Source of the DNA: Azolla caroliniana
Lineage: Eukaryota > Plantae > Polypodiophyta
NCBI GenBank assembly: GCA_043228905.1
Contig: JBHGNT010000008.1
Span: 1,612,001-1,676,000, forward strand
Direction of reading: 5' to 3'
Length of the DNA: 64,000 bases
Below are positions 62,583 through 64,000 of the stretch, piece after piece. The position numbers and the translations under genes were made by a program. Each line of letters begins with the position of its first letter. The stretch's first letter is position 1. A model generated the notes under the pieces. That model was not told the DNA's origin, made no database searches, and saw only the letters and a list, made by a program, of their open reading frames with translations.

Positions 62583-64000
62583 GCACAAAGAAACGTTTTA
62601 TTTCTTTATAGCAACAGTTACAAATGACAACCAACAACACTTACTAAAGGTTACAAAGTCACTTTATATAGTGACTATCCTAGGGCAACTGCCCTTTATG
62701 CTATTTACAGAAATAGCCCAAACTTGGGCTGTCCAAAGGGACAGTGTGAATACGGCCATTATACATTCATATTCGACACTCCCCCGTAATGGGCGTATAC
62801 ATGGGTTATCTGAAACTACAGGTATATACAAGGTTTATCAGATAGATCGGTTTTGTTCGAGTCGGCAAGATCTGAAGACAAAAGACCGAACCGGTCGGGT
62901 CGGAAGAGCAGAAGCCGATCCTCAAAGGACTGATGTCGGTTGTCCAAAACCATCCTGTGTTGTGTGTCCGACTTTAACTAGAACGATTTTTCGTTACGCC
63001 CATCTGGTGCCGAAGGAACCGGAAGCGATCCGCCAAGAGACACTTGGTCATTCCATCTGCGACATTATCGGTTGTGGATATCTTCTCGAGACCGATTTTC
63101 CTTGAAATGACGCAGTCCCGAACAAAGTGATATCGAACGTCGATATGCTTGGAGGCGTTGTGGTGAACCGGATTTTTTGACAAAGCAACAACACCCTGAC
63201 TGTTGCTCTAGAAAACTGGAGCCGAGTTGCGGTTGACTTGTCGAAACGTGTGGCTCAGGCGACCGAGCCATAAAGCTTCTTTTGCCGCGTCGGACGCAGC
63301 TATATATTCCGCTTCGGTCGTTGAGGTGACTGTGCACTCTTGAAGTTTCGACTTACACAAGATTGCTCCATTTCCGAATGGGTTGTTGATTTCTGACTGT
63401 CCATGCAGCTGGCGAAGTCCGAGTCGGTGTAACCGACTACGCATGAGGTTGAGTTCGGGCCAAAGAGAATGCCGTGGTCTTTTGTGCCAGCTAGATATTT
63501 GAACACATGCTTGATTGCGTTCTAGTGCGATCGGCCTGGGTTGTGCATGAATCTGCTGACAACTCCTACGACATGAGAAATATCAGGCCGTGTCGTGACC
63601 ATCGCGTACATAAGGGAGCCGACTGCTGGTGCATACAGTACTGACTTCATATCTTCCCCCTCTAGACCGGATGTCGGGCAGTCTCGCTGAGACAACCGAA
63701 GGTTAATGGGGAGCGGGGTCAAAGCAGACTTGGCCGAGTGCATGTTGAAGCGTTCCAAGACACGTCCGATGTAGTCGGTTTGAGACAAGAAAAGTTGTCG
63801 TTTATTGCGATGCCGGCTAATCTTCATACCAAGTATGTGTCTTGCTAGACCGAGGTCCTTCCTGGCAAACTTCAACCGCAGTTTCCGAACGAGTTCGGTG
63901 AGCTCTCCAGCATGTCGGCCGGAGAGTAGCATGTCGTCCACGTAAATGATGAGGAAGACGAGAGACCTGTCTTGAGCTGTTTTGGTGAAGAGACAGTGGT
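62424..64000 (-). mobile_element. Ty1/copia 3' part: 3' LTR 62424-62778, PPT, RNase H and RT; continues beyond the window
   Basis: TG..CA LTR containing an (AG)n tract, PPT at 62779-62785, and motifs IYVDDMLL, VGSLMYAM, STTEAEY, SKHIDVRYHF. Confidence 0.92.

Noticed and set aside
62389-63105. 238-aa ORF with an RE repeat
   Set aside because: It runs across two LTRs, an (AG)n microsatellite and antisense RNase H, so it is a chance ORF.

Overview
This is eukaryotic land-plant nuclear DNA, probably from a fern or other non-seed vascular plant. That is inferred from a Tcn1-type chromovirus, a Naiad/Chlamys-like Penelope element and a PLS-type PPR fragment. Most of the window is nested, decaying retroelements: at least 7 Ty1/copia copies or fragments, 2 recognisable Ty3/gypsy elements plus older relics, L1 and RTEX-like LINEs, one Penelope-like element and small non-autonomous DNA elements. 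Two intact spliced host genes were reconstructed by hand: a 5-exon tropinone-reductase-like SDR (21558-23581, minus strand, with two decayed tandem paralogs) and a 3-exon metallothionein (55815-57110, minus strand) that the ORF track misses entirely. The most striking feature is an intron-containing, bacterial/phage-type beta-class N6-adenine/N4-cytosine DNA methyltransferase gene (33118-34408, minus strand). It is 5'-truncated and carries a probable splice-acceptor lesion. Other notable features are a Tf1-style self-priming PBS and a -1 frameshift signal in the chromovirus, a degenerate minimal hammerhead ribozyme in the Penelope 3' region, a copia family with a duplicated PPT and an open ~200-aa C-terminal extension, and a small element flanked by 15-bp direct repeats. 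All calls come from reading the sequence; no searches were run.
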